64,000 nucleotides of DNA, from IMG/VR virus record IMGVR_UViG_3300008735_000004, positions 6,649 through 70,648 of that record, one strand, 5' to 3'. The stretch comes from a virus. Below the pieces are notes generated by a model. The model searched no databases. It had not been told where the DNA came from and saw nothing but the letters and a program-made list of their open reading frames with translations. The position numbers were made by a program, and so were the translations under genes. How positions within the stretch are numbered: position 1 is the first letter of the stretch; each line of letters begins with the position of its first letter. This document shows positions 59,953 through 64,000 of this stretch, one piece after another.

Positions 59953-60684
59953 CTAGTTAACATGCAAGCCTTTTGTTGCATTTTCTCTAAATAAATTTAC
60001 TGGAGGTAATTTAATCCAATCCTTTTCAAAATTAACACTAAGTAAATCTAAAAGATTTACTATAAGATTTTGAGCTCCATTCTTGTGAAGAGTAATATCT
60101 CCTACTCTTTCAAATGTTTCTGCTATTTTTTCTATCTCTGTTGCTTGAATATAGCATTTAAATTGTCTACTTATTTTTTTATTTGATTCTATTACATTAC
60201 TTATATTTATGTAGTTCATAGGAACTGAATCTGGATTACCTGGAATAATACCACGACTGGCCCATATAATTCTTTGTAAATTTGCAGAAAAGTCAAAAGT
60301 CGGGTCAAATTCCTGCACATTATCTAAAGGAATCATACTGATCTCAGGTGCATTAGAAGATGTGACTTTAAATTCTCTGTTAAAGATTCCTATATTATAA
60401 GCTACCGGAGAATTAGGACATTTAATAAGTTTTAACATAAAACTTTTTTCTTTTCCTTTTACAGGTTTAATATCGGGATTAACTAAGAATAAATTAGATT
60501 TATTCGGTAATCCTTCATATTCTATATAAACTGCTTCTGCGGGAATACCCATTTGATATGCAGCAAAACCCATTAATTCTTCACGTTCATATTGTAAACG
60601 AAAATGGTCCTGCATCATGGTTTTTAGGATCGTATTTGCTTTATAATCCTCTGCTCCAGGAGTAGGAGTGGGATTGGTTTCCAT
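59953..60684 (-). CDS. Degenerate peptide deformylase-like protein (243 aa)
   Basis: MGFAAYQMG resembles GxGLAAxQxG; LVNPDI; IKCPNSP resembles EGCLSxP; ANLQRIIWASRG sits at the QHExDHLxG position. Confidence 0.6.
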   Translation of the reverse strand: METNPTPTPGAEDYKANTILKTMMQDHFRLQYEREELMGFAAYQMGIPAEAVYIEYEGLPNKSNLFLVNPDIKPVKGKEKSFMLKLIKCPNSPVAYNIGIFNREFKVTSSNAPEISMIPLDNVQEFDPTFDFSANLQRIIWASRGIIPGNPDSVPMNYINISNVIESNKKISRQFKCYIQATEIEKIAETFERVGDITLHKNGAQNLIVNLLDLLSVNFEKDWIKLPPVNLFRENATKGLHVN

Positions 60685-60752
60685 TAATTCACTAAACCCC
60701 AGATATGCTGAATAATGTAGAAAATCTCCTCGAAGACTTTCTCTGACATCAT
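60684..60752 (-). CDS. Possible 22-aa peptide MMSEKVFEEIFYIIQHIWGLVN
   Basis: Its stop overlaps the next start (TAATG). No RBS seen. Confidence 0.3.
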   Translation of the reverse strand: MMSEKVFEEIFYIIQHIWGLVN

Positions 60753-60779
60753 TTAGAGGGAAGGTTTGCAGATAATCTG

Positions 60780-60974
60780 CTATTTCTGTGCTTCGATTAT
60801 TGATTTGTACGTTTCCTGTAGTTTACCGATAGTAATAACAGCTTGTTCCAAATCTTTTAATCGAATATTTGCCGATTGTAAGGTTTTAAGAAGAAATTCA
60901 AAATCTTCTTTATTAAAGGATATTTCTGGTTTTTTACGTTTAGAATCGGTTGTATATTTTGGTAATATTGCCAT
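60780..60974 (-). CDS. Small hypothetical protein (64 aa)
   Basis: AGGA RBS; helical. Confidence 0.6.
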   Translation of the reverse strand: MAILPKYTTDSKRKKPEISFNKEDFEFLLKTLQSANIRLKDLEQAVITIGKLQETYKSIIEAQK

Positions 60975-60990
60975 ATACTTAGTTCCTATA

Positions 60991-61914
60991 TTAAGTTAAT
61001 CTTACCCACAGTACGCCATCATCTGCATTATGACAAAGTGATCCCACTCCGCTGCCCAGATCAGTTACGTCACTTGGTAAAGCTCCAGCGCCACTAATTG
61101 TATAGAAACCCACAATAGGTAAATCCTGATAAGTATCATTAGTATCCACTTTTGATTTCATTTTCCATTGGGCGCCATCATTTTCATCCCAGGCTAAAAC
61201 TGGTTCATTATTTTCGGCGCTTCGTATTGCATTTAACTGTAGAGAGGCAGTATCCCCTAGTAGGGTTAAAGAAGCATCTCCTCCAAGAGCCATTTGTTCA
61301 AAAGAATCTCCATCTGCTACTAGTAAGGTTGATGCTGTATAATCTATATCTCCGAGATCCTGCATGCCCGCTATTTCCTGTATACCAACATATTTTGGAG
61401 AAATCTTTTGCAGAGTACCAGATATATTGTCATAAATTAATAGCTTATCATCATCCACTCCAGCAGTAGCTTTCTCATCACTTGTAGTATAATCAGTTAG
61501 TAATTTTGAGGCAACTCTATCGTCCGTATAGAATATATTAGAGGTTCCTTCAGTGATATCATCTGTATCAAATTCTGTAAAATCTATATTTAAAAGAACT
61601 TGATTATTTACTGCATCTTCTTCTGCAGAAATACCAGTACCGCCCTCGAATAATGGAACTAACTGTTCAACTAGTAACTCTGATAAATCAACAGATAAAG
61701 TTAATTGATCTTGATCATCATCGTAATCTATATCAATTCCTGATGTATTAGAATCTACTAAAAGGTCTACTAATCTGTCATCAATGAATTCTCCTGTGAA
61801 CTCATTGGCTACATAATTAGCTATCTGCTTGAAATTACTATCAAGTTCAGCAATTGATAAAGGAAACCCTTTTTCTTCTCTAGTTGTTATATTTAATGGT
61901 CCATATGCTGGCAT
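60991..61914 (-). CDS. Acidic fibre/virion-associated protein (307 aa)
   Basis: N-terminal REEKGFPLSIAELDSNF and TDDITEGTSNIFYT motifs, of the kind seen in phage fibre proteins. Confidence 0.55.
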   Translation of the reverse strand: MPAYGPLNITTREEKGFPLSIAELDSNFKQIANYVANEFTGEFIDDRLVDLLVDSNTSGIDIDYDDDQDQLTLSVDLSELLVEQLVPLFEGGTGISAEEDAVNNQVLLNIDFTEFDTDDITEGTSNIFYTDDRVASKLLTDYTTSDEKATAGVDDDKLLIYDNISGTLQKISPKYVGIQEIAGMQDLGDIDYTASTLLVADGDSFEQMALGGDASLTLLGDTASLQLNAIRSAENNEPVLAWDENDGAQWKMKSKVDTNDTYQDLPIVGFYTISGAGALPSDVTDLGSGVGSLCHNADDGVLWVRLT

Positions 61915-61934
61915 TTTAATTTACCTCTTTAGAT

Positions 61935-61944
61935 AGATATGTCA
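61935..61944 (-). promoter_or_regulatory. TGACATATCT motif
   Basis: Exact intergenic copy upstream of a GAGG RBS. Confidence 0.55.
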
Positions 61945-61947
61945 TAG

Positions 61948-62778
61948 TTAGTAAGGCTGGAATCCTGATTTAGGTTTACTTTTTGCCTCTTTTTGAAATT
62001 CAATTTCTTTTCCTCTTTGCTTCTTTTTAGGTGGAGTATCCTCTAAATTTATAGATAAAACCTTAGTATGATGGTGTTCTTCTAATACTATATTAACCGC
62101 AATTACAAGAGCTAAAGCAAGTGGATCGAATACAAAGATTAAAATAAAAATTAACCATTTTGCTACATTATCCATAGTTGTATCAAAGGCGTTAGCCACA
62201 TATAGAAGAGGTCCCACATCAACTCCGGTAGTAAGTAATTTTTGTTTTAACTCTCCCAAATTAGAAGTAACCTTTATAATATCTTCAGATAAAGCTTGCA
62301 CTTGAGGAGAGTATTGTTCTCTTAATTTACGCTTTGCCGTAATATAATTAGGAGGCAAAGTACTTATTTGTTCCTCTAATTCTTGTTGTAAATATACCTT
62401 ATCTTCCTTTAACTGTGCAAGCCTTTCTTCTAAAAATTTAGTTTCTAAATTACTTTGCTCTAGCTCTAATGTAGATCCTTGATAAGCTTTAGATAAAAAA
62501 CCAAATATACCTGTAGAAGTTATTCCTACTAAAGTTATAATTCCAATTAATAAATAAGCTTTTAATACTGTATTTATTTTATCCCAAAAACGATATAAAA
62601 AACTAGCTGCTACTAATTTTCCTAGTTCTAAAGAAGAAGCCATAATTATAACAGACCAAAATGCTCCTGCAAAAAAATGAGAAAGGCCAGTGATGCTAAA
62701 AAAGGCAGCATTACCGGCCACAAAGAGAGCTGTTCCTGCTAATAAAAGCAGGAAAGCTTTTGAATTACTAGCTATCAT
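61948..62778 (-). CDS. Multi-pass membrane protein with coiled coil (276 aa)
   Basis: Three N-terminal hydrophobic helices, a heptad region, and a C-terminal transmembrane segment with FVFDPLA. Confidence 0.75.
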   Translation of the reverse strand: MIASNSKAFLLLLAGTALFVAGNAAFFSITGLSHFFAGAFWSVIIMASSLELGKLVAASFLYRFWDKINTVLKAYLLIGIITLVGITSTGIFGFLSKAYQGSTLELEQSNLETKFLEERLAQLKEDKVYLQQELEEQISTLPPNYITAKRKLREQYSPQVQALSEDIIKVTSNLGELKQKLLTTGVDVGPLLYVANAFDTTMDNVAKWLIFILIFVFDPLALALVIAVNIVLEEHHHTKVLSINLEDTPPKKKQRGKEIEFQKEAKSKPKSGFQPY

Positions 62779-63475
62779 CTTCAGGTAAATTTATAATAGA
62801 CTGAATATCAGTAGCTGCATTTTCCATAAATGGAAATAAAGTCTCTCCCTTTTTAGTTCGTTTAGTAGTCCAAGATACTCCAATAAAACCAATTAATAAA
62901 CCGCTATCCGGATCAGGGATAGGAATAGTTGCAATAGCCTTGGTATCACTTTTTTGATACATATTTTTTTCAATAGTAAATTCTTGAGGTATATCCTTTA
63001 CTTTTGTAACAGCGGCTTCACCCTCTAATAACTTATCTAATATAAAAGGATGCCCGTGTACTGGTACATTTTGATATAGTGCCATAATAGGAGTTGTGCC
63101 TCCGCTCACTACTTCGACCTCACAAGTACAACGAGTTTGATGTTTGTTAGTGTAATATTTGGTACCGTTATGGAATTTAAAGAGATAGGCTCTGTTAGCC
63201 CCGGCATTGCTCAATAATTTTTTTAGTACTTCTCTGACAGAAGATCTTTCAGCTACTTCTTTCTTTAAGTCAGTATAGCTTAAGGTAGGTGTTTGTATTT
63301 CTTTTTCAATCTTCTCTACTCTATCAGCTAAAGAAGTTCTATGTTCTAGTGTTTGTAAATTAGTTTTTTTATAAGCTAAATATCCTAAAAAAGCTACAAC
63401 TAATGTTGTTAATGTATCTGAATTATTAGAAACTAATGTGGCTAATTGTTTTAATAAAAGTATAAATGGGTCCAT
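62768..63475 (-). CDS. N-terminal TM plus GAF-like domain protein; T4 T-type holin candidate (235 aa)
   Basis: Transmembrane segment LTTLVVAFLGYLAY; RAYLFKFHNG and IPIPD...LIGFIGVSW form a GAF-like pattern. Confidence 0.55.
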   Translation of the reverse strand: MDPFILLLKQLATLVSNNSDTLTTLVVAFLGYLAYKKTNLQTLEHRTSLADRVEKIEKEIQTPTLSYTDLKKEVAERSSVREVLKKLLSNAGANRAYLFKFHNGTKYYTNKHQTRCTCEVEVVSGGTTPIMALYQNVPVHGHPFILDKLLEGEAAVTKVKDIPQEFTIEKNMYQKSDTKAIATIPIPDPDSGLLIGFIGVSWTTKRTKKGETLFPFMENAATDIQSIINLPEDDS

Positions 63476-63538
63476 TTTCTTTTCCTTGATATATCATCGT
63501 AATTAAACTCTAGGTTATTTTCTCTATGGAATTAACTA

Positions 63539-63567
63539 TAGTATGTCATTTCGACTAAGATATGTCA
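63539..63567 (-). promoter_or_regulatory. Tandem TGACATA motifs
   Basis: TGACATATCT (63558-63567) and TGACATACTA (63539-63548), just after a terminator. Confidence 0.55.
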
Positions 63568-63580
63568 TACTGGCATATAC

Positions 63581-63604
63581 AAAAAAGGGACGAATTAATG
63601 TCCC
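63581..63604 (-). terminator. Intrinsic terminator
   Basis: Minus strand GGGAC-ATTAATTC-GTCCC-TTTTTT. Confidence 0.75.
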
Positions 63605-63758
63605 AAAGAGAGCGCGGGCAGGGTGTCTAAAGAGTTTTCCACCGAAAACAAATTGACCTAACCTGCCCTACCCTTTTACACTTAGCCCCATTATGGGCAG
63701 CCTTGGACTTAGAAAGCACTTTATGCGTAAAGTAATGATGCAGTCACAATAGTCCAAA
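63605..63758 (-). ncRNA. Putative structured RNA (unknown family)
   Basis: GC-rich non-coding segment with several nested inverted repeats (see findings). Confidence 0.4.
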
Positions 63759-63760
63759 AT

Positions 63761-64000
63761 CTATGATTTTAAAGTAATAACTAAGTATCCATCTGTATCT
63801 TTTTCAATAGAAGATACATTACTTAGATGTTGGTTACCTGTATCTCCTTTTACACCTTGTATACCCTGTATACCTTGATCACCTTGATCACCTTTTAAAC
63901 CTTGAGCACCTTGTTCACCTTGTATACCTTGATCACCTTGTATACCTTGATCACCTTGTTCACCTTGTATACCTTGATCACCTTGATCACCTTGTGCACC
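63761..64000 (-). CDS. C-terminus of collagen-like (Gly-X-Gln) fibre protein, partial
   Basis: [15 protein letters not shown]... repeats, then [25 protein letters not shown] and a TAG stop at 63761-63763. Confidence 0.85.
   Translation of the reverse strand, partial: GAQGDQGDQGIQGEQGDQGIQGDQGIQGEQGAQGLKGDQGDQGIQGIQGVKGDTGNQHLSNVSSIEKDTDGYLVITLKS

Noticed and set aside
14-61469. Numerous short plus-strand ORFs in the track
   Set aside because: They lie antisense to long, motif-bearing minus-strand genes and look like shadow frames with no recognisable motifs.
63605-63758. tRNA or known riboswitch
   Set aside because: No cloverleaf, T-loop or recognisable aptamer consensus was found; retained only as an unknown structured element.
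63841-64000. 9-nt periodic repeats as a possible CRISPR array or satellite
   Set aside because: They are in-frame Gly-X-Gln collagen codons with no repeat-spacer structure.
1-64000. Stop-codon reassignment
   Set aside because: Long ORFs tile the minus strand in the standard code, and TAA, TAG (e.g. 34464) and TGA (e.g. 56889) all end genes at sensible boundaries.

Overview
This window is the virion-morphogenesis region of a large AT-rich contractile-tailed phage (myovirus). All credible genes are on the minus strand, in the standard genetic code, and many are translationally coupled by TAATG overlaps. In transcription order (right to left) it holds: a partial collagen-like fibre gene; a structured non-coding region; a holin-like GAF protein; a cluster of host-like protein-biogenesis genes (degenerate peptide deformylase, GroES, ClpP-like protein, and a ribosomal protein bS21 missed by the ORF track); a free-standing Hint-like gene; an intein-containing large terminase; portal; a tandem Com-type zinc-ribbon protein; prohead protease; scaffold; two paralogous capsid-associated proteins; major capsid protein; neck proteins; sheath; tube and tube paralogues; tail chaperones; and three giant ORFs. 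Three observations stand out. (1) A 2994-aa protein at the tape-measure locus carries both two-barrel RNA polymerase catalytic motif sets plus an embedded DEDDh exonuclease. It lies next to a 2451-aa protein with an intein and a Cas4/RecB-like nuclease. (2) A 2259-aa tube-fold protein has Cys-pair modules that appear recursively nested: 13 modules are followed by 13 Trp/Phe strands, and 4 modules by 4 strands. (3) A recurring TGACATA(T/A)CT motif follows terminators and is a candidate phage promoter. All assignments come from reading motifs by eye; no searches were run.
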